Source of the DNA: Lepidodermella squamata
Taxonomy: Eukaryota > Animalia > Gastrotricha
Length of the DNA stretch: 64,000 nucleotides
Direction: 5' to 3'
Assembly (NCBI GenBank): GCA_047495785.1
Contig: JBLDXI010000029.1
Span: 1,736,001-1,800,000, forward strand
Both the position numbers and the translations under genes were made by a program. Each line of letters starts with the position of its first letter. Within the stretch, counting starts at the first letter, position 1. A model generated the notes under the pieces. The model searched no databases. It was not told where the DNA came from and saw nothing but the letters and a program-made list of their open reading frames with translations. This document shows, in pieces, positions 22,181 to 33,448 of the stretch.

Positions 22181-24517
22181 TTATTTCCAACTTGTTCTGG
22201 CTCCAGCCGCAAAATTAATTGTTCCCAGCTGATTAAAAGGAAAATTCCGCAGCGACTCTAGTGCCGGAGATTCGGGTAGTCGAATGTTCAATAAGGAAAA
22301 AACTCCGAAGGATACAAAAATCAACCCAAAAGCGACGGATATCTCAAACATGGCACTCGTCGGCGAGATTAGCATCAACAGTGCTACAGCGACAAACATG
22401 GAAAACGACATCGCAACAGCGTAGAGGTACCGTTTAACCCAAGGATAGAGAATCAGCTGAGGATTGTTGCGAAGTTTGATCACATAGAACAGTCCAGCGA
22501 GAAAAAGCGCGAAATTTAGCGCGAGTATACTGACAATCCAATTGGTCTCCCATTTCGATCGACATGACATTTCGAAAGTTTCAATGTAGGAATCTTTGAA
22601 TGAGTCGTAGTACCTCGACCTGAGTCTATCAATACTCACAGCGTGAAGTGGGTCGATTGAAGCCCATAGAACCTCTATGACAATGATGATTGTTGAAATC
22701 ATTACTGACTTCAGGAATATCTTATTTTCAGGCAATGTCATTGGTTTCACATTTGCGGGACAACCTGCGAATGATCGCTGAATCTTGTTGTTTTTGAAGA
22801 ATTTGATCACCTCTGATAAACGAACGACAACTAATGACAGCGAGAATGAAACCCCGGATGGAATTAGAAAGCATACTGCCAAGCACACTGAGCTATTCTT
22901 CCAATTTGATGGGATCGCGGATGTTAATGAGCCCGCATTAAGTGCGAAGAAACCGGCTAACATAGTCACATAGTCAAGATTAGCGAACGGCTTAGTTTTC
23001 GAACAGATTTTTCTTGCAATCACAATGAGTTGATTAAGGAACAATGATATAGCTATTACAATCATTGTGGCGTAGACACCCATAGGAACGCCTCCATCGA
23101 CCGTTATCTCCGAAGCGGCATCTCTAGGCATCGATTCGAGTTTGAAAGGTTCGATTTCTTTCAGAGTGTATGCTTCCATATTCGAATTTTGCGTGGAGTT
23201 TTCTATTTTCGTAACCATGTACCTTGGCATGAGTGACTTCACGCCATCACTCCATTTCATGATGAGTTGAGGCTCATAGTCAAGCTCGACTCTTTTAGAG
23301 TAGCGGAACAAACCTTGCCTTAGTGTCCTGATCCGGATAGTCCTAGCACTTTCGTTTGCAGCCAGCATTACAGCTCTAGGTTCCGTATGGTAGTCACGTA
23401 GCGACAAATTTTGTTTCGCCAGGAGTTTCTCCGAGCTATCAAGAACCATGATTCCAACTAGGGCGACTTCATACGCCAGCGAATTTAGAGGAAGGTCTGC
23501 GGTTTTTATCGAGTTGTTAGTGAGCCTCGCAAAAGCGGCATTGAACGTCTCAAAAGTGAACCCCAGTTCATCCGTAACTGCCGGTGGTACAACTATTGGG
23601 AAAGGTGTGCTGACGTACAAAGTTATCTCAAGCTGCTCGAGGTAGGCCTTCTTAGAACAACCTAATCCCGCGAAAACAGCATCCGGAAACGCCACAGGAT
23701 CGGCGAAAATCGCGAGTTGGGAAATGATGGCATATTTCGAACCGCGAATTCCAAAATCATGAGCCCGGCACATAAACCGTATGAGGAAGGAACCAGCTCC
23801 TGATTCAAAGGTGAAAATCCGTATGTCCGACTTTTTCAGCGTCATCATAAATTCATCGTTTAGATCGTTCGTTGCTTCGAATGAAGCCACGTTGAAACCA
23901 GATTTCGTTGCCTGACTGTAAAATAAGCTACCCGAGTCATAGCCGAAAGAGTTGTAGTCAACGCCAACCACTATACCGATTCGGTTCCATTTCGGAATAT
24001 CACGCATGAAGAGCATCCGGGCAACCAAGGACAAGTCGTAAGCAGAACGGACCCGGTAAAGGTTCGGGTAAAGGTCTCGTCGAGCAGTCTGGCTCGTTGC
24101 TGTACAGCTCATTGAAATCACAACCATGTCCATGTAATGAGCGGTTGAACCCCAGGCTTTACACCCAGGGGTAGCGAATGTTCCAAAGACGACCGGAGAC
24201 ATAATGGTATCGCTGTTTCCAAAGTTTCGTCGGTGAAATTCGATGCCCTGGCGAGCTGCATCTGCTGACATGGCGCCCTCATCAGTGAATTCTAGCTGTA
24301 TGTGGTAGTTGGATAGAATATCACTGCGATTATTCACCACGTCGACGGCGATTTGTTGGCCGGCTTTGAATGCTCGGACCCCGAAGGATGAGTCTGCTAT
24401 TGGTAGCAGAGAGAGAACTTTCAGTCGATACAGTTTCCTGTGCTGAGAGAGCACATGTTGACAACATAGTTGCATGGTCAAGGCTGCAACAGTAAAAAGA
24501 TGCATTTTCAATAGCAT
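22181..24517 (-). CDS. GABA-B-like class C GPCR, single exon, most divergent paralogue
   Basis: Same motifs as the other array members (VNNRSDIL, TPGCKAWGSTAH, RRDLYPNLYR, W..DPL, 7TM). Confidence 0.85.
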   Translation of the reverse strand: MLLKMHLFTVAALTMQLCCQHVLSQHRKLYRLKVLSLLPIADSSFGVRAFKAGQQIAVDVVNNRSDILSNYHIQLEFTDEGAMSADAARQGIEFHRRNFGNSDTIMSPVVFGTFATPGCKAWGSTAHYMDMVVISMSCTATSQTARRDLYPNLYRVRSAYDLSLVARMLFMRDIPKWNRIGIVVGVDYNSFGYDSGSLFYSQATKSGFNVASFEATNDLNDEFMMTLKKSDIRIFTFESGAGSFLIRFMCRAHDFGIRGSKYAIISQLAIFADPVAFPDAVFAGLGCSKKAYLEQLEITLYVSTPFPIVVPPAVTDELGFTFETFNAAFARLTNNSIKTADLPLNSLAYEVALVGIMVLDSSEKLLAKQNLSLRDYHTEPRAVMLAANESARTIRIRTLRQGLFRYSKRVELDYEPQLIMKWSDGVKSLMPRYMVTKIENSTQNSNMEAYTLKEIEPFKLESMPRDAASEITVDGGVPMGVYATMIVIAISLFLNQLIVIARKICSKTKPFANLDYVTMLAGFFALNAGSLTSAIPSNWKNSSVCLAVCFLIPSGVSFSLSLVVVRLSEVIKFFKNNKIQRSFAGCPANVKPMTLPENKIFLKSVMISTIIIVIEVLWASIDPLHAVSIDRLRSRYYDSFKDSYIETFEMSCRSKWETNWIVSILALNFALFLAGLFYVIKLRNNPQLILYPWVKRYLYAVAMSFSMFVAVALLMLISPTSAMFEISVAFGLIFVSFGVFSLLNIRLPESPALESLRNFPFNQLGTINFAAGARTSWK

Positions 24518-25187
24518 GACGAGAAACTTTTCCGATGCGCGTATAATGAAGGTATAATGGCTTTTGCAGCGCTTGCAGGTAGGGTGGGCAGTTTGGTGGC
24601 TGCTGCTGTATTGCTAATTTGTCACACTCAATCGAAGTTTCGCAGGCTTCCTCGCGTAATCTTTAGCTCCGGAACTTTATACGGCTTGTTGTCGCCAGTG
24701 AGCTAATGACGCGTAGGTATCGATAAATAAGCATTGAGCCAACAGTGCTGTTCTCGCAAATTATGATACTGTTTGGCAACATTTTATTGGACTTAATATG
24801 ACGGGAAGCGGAATGGCTTTATCTTAAGAATATTGGATATTGATAGCGAATTAGATCCTTTACTCAAGATTTATGATAAGGTTTGCTGAATCAGAAAAAA
24901 AATCGATTTTTAATGAAATTATTTAATTATATAAATTGTATAGCATATTGCATTATAAAATGAGACCAGCAACAGAAGAGCGAATATTGGGATGACTTCG
25001 TCAGGTCAACCAACAACCAACAATCTAAATATCAATGTCCAAGGACATGCGGTAAAACTGTTAAATTGTACCTGTATTAGCATAATAAAAAAAAACATGA
25101 TACCTATGAACTAGACACTAAGACGACAGACGACGATGGCATTGATAAGGCATTATTCTTCCGTATTGCAGGAACGAAGTGGCATGA

Positions 25188-25554
25188 ATAGCTAATAGTT
25201 CTGAGGCAGTGTTTTTTCCTTGCTCCGTCGTTCTCACAAAAAACTGACGAAAGACAAAAAAATGGGGCAAAAGGAGGATTCGAACCCTGTACCGCTGGGT
25301 ATTGACCAATGAGGCCAGACCACTGCGTAATGGAGTTAGGCCATGGTGGTCATCTTCTTCAAGCAAAACGAACACTAGGCATGAGCATTTTCAGCCAGTC
25401 TCGGATAGGAAGCTCCAATTGTATAGTGGCTCCAGAGTGGTTCTAATCCTAAATGTTCCGGGTTCGAATCCTATTTTTGCTTCATTTTGTCTTTCGAAGG
25501 GGCGAAACGACAGAACGAGGAAGCAGCGAAAAAACCCGCCTCAGGTCTAGCTAT
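25188..25554. mobile_element. MITE-like inverted-repeat element with two oppositely oriented Pol III B-boxes
   Basis: Imperfect arms (tagcta..ctgaggc / gcctcag..tagcta). ggattcgaaccc at 25276-25287 and gggttcgaatcc at 25460-25471. Confidence 0.6.
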
Positions 25555-25890
25555 CAGTTCGGATCATTCATGCGTCGGATCTGGGGGAATGAAATACCTA
25601 ATAATTCCTATCATCCCATGTATCATTCCTCAAATTTTGTGAAATAAGGTCGAAAACTTGCCATGCTGAAATGATGAAAAATCAAAAATCAAAAATCGGC
25701 GAATGAGGCGCAAATCGCCAAAGTTGGCTAGACGTGGGGCAAGCCGACTTCTTTCTTTTACTATGAAAGCTTGTCCAGGTGTTCGTTCAAGCATCTAGCA
25801 AACATGGCAACGGCGCTTTGTTGGCAGTAAACTTTAATTCGGCGTTAGCGGTACATTAACAATTCCTCTTAAACCCGATTCATGTGTTCC

Positions 25891-26185
25891 TCTCAAGTTC
25901 ATTATGTGACCACTTATTAGGCGGGAAACAACACCTTCTCCTATTGGTTAATTCAAATACTACGCGGGCGATTCAAATGATCATTTTTTCATTAAAAAAA
26001 TAGGCTTGGCAACCATTTAGCGCTAAATTGCGCTATTTTATCGAAAACGCGTGCCATAATCGTGTAAAAACGATCATTTTCCACAAAAAACAACTATTTG
26101 AATCGCCCGCGTAGTATTTGAATGAACCAATAGGAGACGTCGTTGTTTCCCGCCTAAAAAGTGTTCACATAATGTTATTGAGTGC
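25891..26185. mobile_element. MITE-like foldback element
   Basis: About 85-bp imperfect inverted arms (cattatgtga...ttcaaatactacgcgggcgattcaa versus ttgaatcgcccgcgtagtatttgaa...cacataatg). Confidence 0.75.
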
Positions 26186-26609
26186 TTTAGCATTTCTCTT
26201 TCTTCATTCTTCATTCTTGAAATATCTTAAATATATTACTGACTTAGAAAAATTCACAATTTCTGTGGTGAGGCGCCATAACTTAACGTATTGTTAATTC
26301 CTAATTGCTAAATGTTGAAAGACAAATTGCAAAATAAAACAGTATCAGTATCTTGTGATTTTGTGTAGGGCTAGAAAGGTCCTCTTTCGCCCAAATCAAA
26401 ATGTAGGCGCTTGCGAACGATTTTTGTCGCTCAGAAAGAACATCATCCGCAAATTTGACGGGGGCAGTACACGTTTGGCAATGCACTGGCAAGACGATGC
26501 CTGCTGTACTTAATGAAGAAATGAATTTTCAATCAATCATTAGTAACCCCTTCAGCTAATCAGTCATGTCATACAAAATATTTAGGCAATGTCTAAGAAC
26601 ACAGAAAGG

Positions 26610-26665
26610 TATAAAAGAGCTAAAAATTCATGCTTTTACGGCTGATCAGTTCCACTCAACTTTCA
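26610..26665 (+). promoter_or_regulatory. Putative core promoter of a GPCR gene (TATAAAA plus TCAGTT initiator-like block)
   Basis: TATAAAA at 26610. The block tttacsgctgatcagttccact recurs upstream of the paralogues near 47778 and 52898. Confidence 0.45.
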
Positions 26666-26699
26666 TCAACTATCCAATCTGAAATCGTGTGCAGAGAAT

Positions 26700-29006
26700 A
26701 TGGCTCATATTCAATTCACAATAATTTCTTTGTTAAGCCTTTGCGCAGCTATGGCAACCGCCTTTAAGCAACACCGCCTTAGACTTGTATCATTAGTCCC
26801 CATAGCAGATGCCAAACCATATGGGTTGAAGGTTTTCCCAGCTTCACAACAAATGCTTGTCGATATGGTGAACAATCGTAGCGACATCCTGCCTGACTAT
26901 CACGTGGAACTGGACTTTATCGATGAAGGACAAAATTCAATTCTAGCCGCATCTGCAGCTATTAATGCTCTGAGAAAAGTCGACGAACCGGGTGTAATGG
27001 TTTCACCGGTGGTGATAGGAACGATGTCTACTCTAGGCTGTAAAGCTTGGGGGTCGACTGCTCACTTCATGAATGCTGTTGCAGTATCGATGAGTTGTTA
27101 CTCGTCGATTCATACTGGCCGGCGAGATATCTATCCAAATTTATACAGAATCAAATCAGACTCGCAAATCGATCTAATGGCTCGACTGGTTGCGATGAAA
27201 TCCCTCGGTAAATGGTCACGCATCGCGATTTTATCAACCATAAATGGGGCATCCGGAAATCCAGCTAGCTTCGACAATTCTCTCGCGCTATTTAAATTGG
27301 CCGTGAAAGCCCGTTTGAATGTTGTTAGATTCGAGACATCCGTTGATTTCAGCACTGAACTTTACGATGCGCTGATCGCGGAGGACGTTCGAATTATCAG
27401 CATCGACCTATTCGACTACATCAACGTCGTCCGAACTCTTTGCCGATTTCACATATTCGGTATCCGAGGGCCGAGATACAGATTCTTGAGTTCTCTCACC
27501 TTCTTCAACGACCCCTCAGTATTACCTGCAACGTGGCTTCCTGATGGCTGTACTAAAGAAAATTACATGGACCAATTAGAGATTACAATTTTCACTGGCA
27601 CTGGTTATTCGTCACTCGTACCATTCAAAGGGGAAGATTCAATGGGATTGACAGTGAACGATTTTGAAAACAGACTTGGCAAAATGACGAATTTCTCGAA
27701 ATGGATAGATTATCCATTCAGAGAGTCAAGCTACGATATAGCTCTGATGGGTTTGTTAATTCTCAACGATTCCGAGAGAATTCTAAAGAGCCGCAACATG
27801 TCTCTTAGAGATTACATGCGAGACCCTCACACTGTAATGATGGCTACCAATGAGAGTGCAAGTTCCATCAAATACAATGGAATAAGATTTGGTCGCTTCG
27901 AATATAGCCAAAGACTCGAGATGGACTACCAACCTCAAGCTGTAGCTACCTGGTCTCGAAAGGCAGGCTTGGAAGTACGATATGAAGTCACCTTCATGAA
28001 AAACGCATCGAATTTCGAATCAGTTGATTCGTTTCGAGTTGACCCTGTCAAACCTTTCCCCATTGGTTCGATGCCAAGAGATAGCCCAACGTACGTAACT
28101 CTCGAATACGGAGTTCCGGAAACGGCATTTCTTGCCATTGTTGTAATAGCTTCGCTTGTCTCCTTGGCGCAACTCGGATATAGTGTTCGTGCCAGGAGAA
28201 CCGAGACGGTTTTGAAGGCCAAACCTCTACTTATGCTAGGATTTCTGGCTATGAATTCGGGAGCTGTCGTCATTTTGGTTCCATCCCGAAGTTTGAATGA
28301 TGCAGTTTGCAACGCGAACGTTCTTATGATCGCTCTCGGCATATCTGTGGTCTACTCAGCTGTCATATTTCAGCTCAAAGAAAGCTTCCATAATTTGAGT
28401 AGGGTTGTTGTATCCAGAAGGAAATCCAGGCCAACTGAGGAAGTTCCTAAATTGGTTCTTAGCGAAAAGCGAATCCTTTACTCTGTGATCACTTTCGCTT
28501 TAATTAATTATGTTGTCGTCATAGCATGGCTAATCGCCGATCCGATATCAGCCGAGAGAACCGACCCTGAAAAGTCAAAATGGTATTCCGAAGAAATGGA
28601 TACGTACTTCCGTGGTTACCAAGTGTTCTGCACCTCGGACTTCGCTCTGTATTGGCTAGCACCTTTGATGATTTTCAATTTTCTCGTACTACTCTACGGG
28701 TCAGTTTTGATCATCAAACATCATGCGGATCGCCTGTTGCAACAATATTTGGATGTCAAACGACTGATGGTTGCTACAATATTTTTGTTCACTATTTTCT
28801 GCGCGACTATTTTGATTTGTTTCATCGAGTCTCAAATCACAATGTTGGTTGCAACTATAACGACATCTTTACTACTTCAGTCCGCGGTGGTTTTCTGTAC
28901 CCTTTACAGTCGAATTCCAACGTCCCAGGCGGACCAGAGACCGAAGCTAAGCCTTCGGGTTAGTAGTTGTCAGTTTGAGAGTCGTCCATCATTTATTCAC
29001 CCTTGA
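26700..29006 (+). CDS. GABA-B-like class C GPCR, single exon (gene A)
   Basis: 768 aa intact ORF with signal peptide, VFT and 7TM. Confidence 0.87.
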   Translation: MAHIQFTIISLLSLCAAMATAFKQHRLRLVSLVPIADAKPYGLKVFPASQQMLVDMVNNRSDILPDYHVELDFIDEGQNSILAASAAINALRKVDEPGVMVSPVVIGTMSTLGCKAWGSTAHFMNAVAVSMSCYSSIHTGRRDIYPNLYRIKSDSQIDLMARLVAMKSLGKWSRIAILSTINGASGNPASFDNSLALFKLAVKARLNVVRFETSVDFSTELYDALIAEDVRIISIDLFDYINVVRTLCRFHIFGIRGPRYRFLSSLTFFNDPSVLPATWLPDGCTKENYMDQLEITIFTGTGYSSLVPFKGEDSMGLTVNDFENRLGKMTNFSKWIDYPFRESSYDIALMGLLILNDSERILKSRNMSLRDYMRDPHTVMMATNESASSIKYNGIRFGRFEYSQRLEMDYQPQAVATWSRKAGLEVRYEVTFMKNASNFESVDSFRVDPVKPFPIGSMPRDSPTYVTLEYGVPETAFLAIVVIASLVSLAQLGYSVRARRTETVLKAKPLLMLGFLAMNSGAVVILVPSRSLNDAVCNANVLMIALGISVVYSAVIFQLKESFHNLSRVVVSRRKSRPTEEVPKLVLSEKRILYSVITFALINYVVVIAWLIADPISAERTDPEKSKWYSEEMDTYFRGYQVFCTSDFALYWLAPLMIFNFLVLLYGSVLIIKHHADRLLQQYLDVKRLMVATIFLFTIFCATILICFIESQITMLVATITTSLLLQSAVVFCTLYSRIPTSQADQRPKLSLRVSSCQFESRPSFIHP

Positions 29007-29459
29007 TTTCGTGGCTTATAATTCTTGATAATAATGTATAAGTGGCTATGCGATAGTCAAAACTGTTCAAATATGTATTTCAGTCTACACAAGATTATAG
29101 ATGAGCACGTTGAGGCTAACTTATCGGGTAGCGAAAAAATATGCGCATTACCTTGTGTCAGTCGATGCCTCTGTGTAGCTAATTCCCAATTAGAACGTTT
29201 TTAGACAGATGTTGTTGCTAAAGGAAGTAAAATACGAAATATCACGGGAAAAATATCTCGGTAAAAACCGACCAAAAACGCAACTCAGTAACCGATACTT
29301 GCATTATAGCATTACCTTGTATATGGTGGGTATTAACCGACTTGTTTGTAAAAACTTACTATTCAATTCAGTAATCACCGACCCAAGCGTCAGTTAATAC
29401 CTACTTGGTCTGGTACCACCGGAACGCCTGCAGCTCAGGAATATTGCACAGGATTGCAC

Positions 29460-31198
29460 AGGAAAATAGAGGTCAGGCCTCAAATAATGGTCAGGTCTGG
29501 CACGCGTTTATTTTCAAGGCCACGCGCCACCGCCCCATTTAAGTACCTATTTATTATATTATTATTTGATAATTTACTGATAAATTGCGAAATGACTAAG
29601 CGAAATTTAAATTCTACTACATCATCGTCATCATCGCCTTCTCCTCGTGTTAAAAAACCGCGCATATGTCGATCCATTCAAAGGCGACTAGAAGCAGTTG
29701 AATACGCTAAAACACACACGCTGAGTCAAACCGCGGCTTTCTTCAACACTAGCGAGCGGCAGGTGTCTAAGTGGAAGGCAGCAGAGAAGAAGCTACGGCA
29801 GGCTGCTGATACGTGTGAGTGCGCGTGCATTGTTTGCTCTATTGCGTAATATGTTTACTCAACGTATTTAGTACCTGCTGGGCGGCAGCGAGTTCCTGGC
29901 GGTGGCCGCAAATCGTTGTATGACGATATGGAGAACACTTTGTACGAGCGGGTTATAGGTGAAAGACGAATGAAGAAACGCGCATCTCGCGCTAGGATAA
30001 GACGCAAAGCTCTGTCACTTGCTACCACGAAATATCCGACTTTCACCGCATCTACTGGGTGGCTTTGGCGCTTTATGGTTAAAAAAGCGCTTACGCGCCG
30101 CCGCGTGACAACGGTGGCTGATCTCGCGAAAAAGATAGTGAACTACTTGCTCTATATTCGCCACCTGCGAAAAATGAACAACTACGCGCCTTACGAAATT
30201 TTTGCGGCCGATGAAACCGCAGTTTGGCTAGATGCTGTGAGTGATACTACTATTGATGAGGAGGGGACGAAAGAAGTCTGCGTTCGCACTTCTGGCCAAG
30301 AGAAAGCCAAGATTACAGTAATGCTTACCGCGTCGCCAACCAAGAAACTTCGCCCTTATGTTTTAATAAATCGTAAGCGGCCTATCAAAGCTTTGGAAAA
30401 ATTTAAAGAATTGGTGATTGAGCATTCCGGTAGCCGTACGAGTATGGACGATGAACTTACTGCCAGTTACTTGCGTCGCGTCTTCGGCAGTACGATGTTC
30501 GGCCGCCGTCGCCTGTTGTGCTGGGACAGTTTTCGCGCCCACATAAGTAAAAATACGAAAAAAGAACTTAGTCGCTATGGCCTAGACATCGCCGTGATAC
30601 CGGGAGGGACTACTAAATATTTGCAAGCCCCGGATGTTGTATGGAATCGTGAATTCAAGAGGAAGTTGGTCGAGCTGTACGATGAGTACATGGCCGACTC
30701 GAGTCAACATTCTTCCACAAAAGGTGGGAATATGAGGGCCCCCAGTTACGAGGTGGTCTGCTCGTGGATCCTTGAAGCTTGGAGGTCAATTAAGTTGGAG
30801 CTAATCGAGGATTCGTTCAAGCAATGTGGTGTTACGGTCGCTCTAGATGGCTCGGAAGATGACCTGATATCCTGTCTCAAACCAGGAAAGCCGTGTCGGG
30901 GTGCCTATGATTTACTGAAGTCAACGAAAGCTCTGCCAACAAGCCAAACTGTTGCGGATGATGAAGAGGAGGGCAAGAAAAACGACTGCGAGTCTCCTGA
31001 AGGTGATGATGACGAGGAGGATGAAGTTTTACTTGCCGATGAACAAAATGATTAATTCACTATGTGATGAGTTGAAAAGAGGGTTCGAAAAAAAAGGTCA
31101 GGCCTCAAATAAAGGGCGGTCTCAAATATAAGACGGGGTTCCGTGTTGGTTTGAAAAAAATATAGGACAGGCCCAACATTTCCTTGGGACTAATACTG
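29460..31198 (+). mobile_element. pogo-family DNA transposon, left end not found
   Basis: Right terminus ...gggactaatactg followed by TA. Subterminal aggtcaggcctcaaataa occurs on both sides of the transposase. Confidence 0.65.
29592..31055 (+). CDS. pogo/Tigger-type transposase (HTH plus DDE_1), 2 exons
   Basis: Exons 29592-29814 and 29872-31055 are in frame. F.AS.GWL.RF CENP-B HTH; ADET, WDSFRAH and LQAPDV catalytic motifs; acidic tail. Confidence 0.85.
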
Positions 31199-33448
31199 TA
31201 TGGACTCGACACTGCTAGCATCTCTCCATTAAAATCCTGCTGGACGCAAAAAACCGTCCGAAGAATCGTGATCGTAAAGTCGTTCAAAAATCGCGAGAAA
31301 AAAATCGCAAAATGACGTTTTATGAGAACCTTTTTTACGCATGCGCCCATTACATTGGGAAGAATCGAAGTCTCGTCCCGTTGGTACCGTATCACACCTT
31401 ACCTTTATTTCGGATTGCATTTAATTTTACATAGCCGAATTCTACATGAGAGGACCTTTGTAACGGTATAAACCATGACATACTGGGTGCTGAATTTACT
31501 TAGCTAAATTGATGTTTCTGACAGAATGAGCAAAAATTTCTAAAAATAGAACAGAATTATTTACGCTGATTTATTCAGAAAAAAATACGAGAGAATATTC
31601 ATGACTCATTGAATAATTTTTTGCCATTTTTTATTTCCTCAAAAATATGGCAATTTCTGTGTAAAATTCAAAGTAAAATCACAGCAAAGTCATAAAATTT
31701 TGAATTTTGCACTGTTGCAAAGATCGTGACTTGAGCTATCGATATTCATAAAAATTAAGTCTGTATCTATCGGCATGACTTGCCCATACGGTACTTTCGT
31801 GAAACTCGTCCTGTTTTTGGCTTTGTAACGGGCATATGCGTAAAAATGGTGCCTTTAAGGCCTAAAAAACACATTTTTTCATGTGATTTTCTCGCATCAA
31901 AATTATTGATTTTTTTCCTGTCCAGCAGAAAAGTGGCTAGTGTCGAGTCCATACAGTATTAGTCCCAAGAACATTTCGGGCAGTACGGTAATTGTAATAT
32001 CATAATCGCATTTGATGACAATCGCGGATGACATGATAAGACTGAGGGTGACTTTACTGTGATAGGCGCAAAAACGATGAGCATACAGTGAAGAATGACT
32101 GAATGCAGGGTGCGAAGTACAGGGGTGCTGGGGTGTCGCGACACCCCAGCTCGGTCTGGCGGGAGAAAATTTCAAAATTTAACTGGAGTGAAATCCATTA
32201 TAGAACTAGAACTAGAAGTAATTAGAAAACACCCATTGTGAGGACGATGGATGCCGAGTTTTTAAGCATTTTCCGGCTATTCCTGGCACTAAAATCGCCA
32301 AAAATATCGTCAGCTAAAGCTCGCTGCGCTCGCCTTCGGGTTTAAGGTTGTTAGGAGATTATGCAACGGTGGCTTATTCAAGGTTCGACTATCGACCCTA
32401 CTAGTAGTTGCATAGAAACCATTTTATAAACAATGCTCCGCATCATCTCATTTATATAATTGCCTTGCCATTTTTTTGAGATATCAGACCCTCCTTCGGG
32501 GTGAATTTTAAAAAAATTGCCCGCTTCGCTCGTATGTGTGGCCAGATGTGTAGATGTGTTCAGATGTGTAGCACTTTTTTCTCAATACTGTCAGTTCCAG
32601 CATTGCTTATTAGCATCTTGAATTGATTGATACCGAAATGGAATTTGTCTTTCTCTAGCCAGCTTTTCGAATGTTTCCAAAAACGGAAAATTTGACATTT
32701 TTCTTAGTTTCGAGAATTTGAGACGGAAGTAAAGAGCTCTTATTTGAGCCAAATAACAATGCGACAATAGGAAGAAAACGGAGCGTACTAAAATAAAAGT
32801 AACGACAGTAAATAGTCAATTTTAGGAGGGTTAGCATGTGTTAGTTTTATTTATAATAGGCCCTCCGCCGGGCGGCGCTATAGGCACAGTGGATTAAAGA
32901 CAGCGAGTACAGTGTTGCCCTCCATGCTACTGAGGGCTCTAAACATAACCGGTTAATTAAATGAGCACATAACATTTAATATTTTTGTTTTTGTATTATA
33001 TGTTTTTTTTTCTTTTTATATATGTATTTTTGTTTCTTTACTGGATCATATAAAAGTAGAAAATTGCCGGTGAGTTCGGTGAGTCGGTCGTCGAGTCGAT
33101 CGTTGACGTCGTCGGTGTGCACCGGGTTTCAGGGCAGATCAAGGCTCAGCAGGGCCCGAGACTCAAGGCTCAATGTCTGGAAGAGCAGCAAAATATTAGC
33201 TAATTTAGCTCAGTACTTACGGAATGCGGGCAGAAGGCAAATGACTCATGTAGGACTGAAGGCTCAGGGCTAGGCTCATGTAGATCTGAAGGCTCAAGGC
33301 TCGGCGTCACAGGAGTCACAGGGTCTGAAACGACTAGAGGAGGCATTAATTTTATCGAAGGCTTAGTTACCCTTTCAATCTCAAGGCGGGGCTCGGGTCC
33401 AAGGCAGCGCATCAAGGTCCTATAGGCACAAAAAGAGCAACAAGGCAG

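Noticed and set aside
27935-28963. Overlapping ORFs that recur in receptor paralogues (also 50177-51262 and 54371-55213)
   Set aside because: Recurrence follows from recent duplication of the main gene; no independent coding signal.
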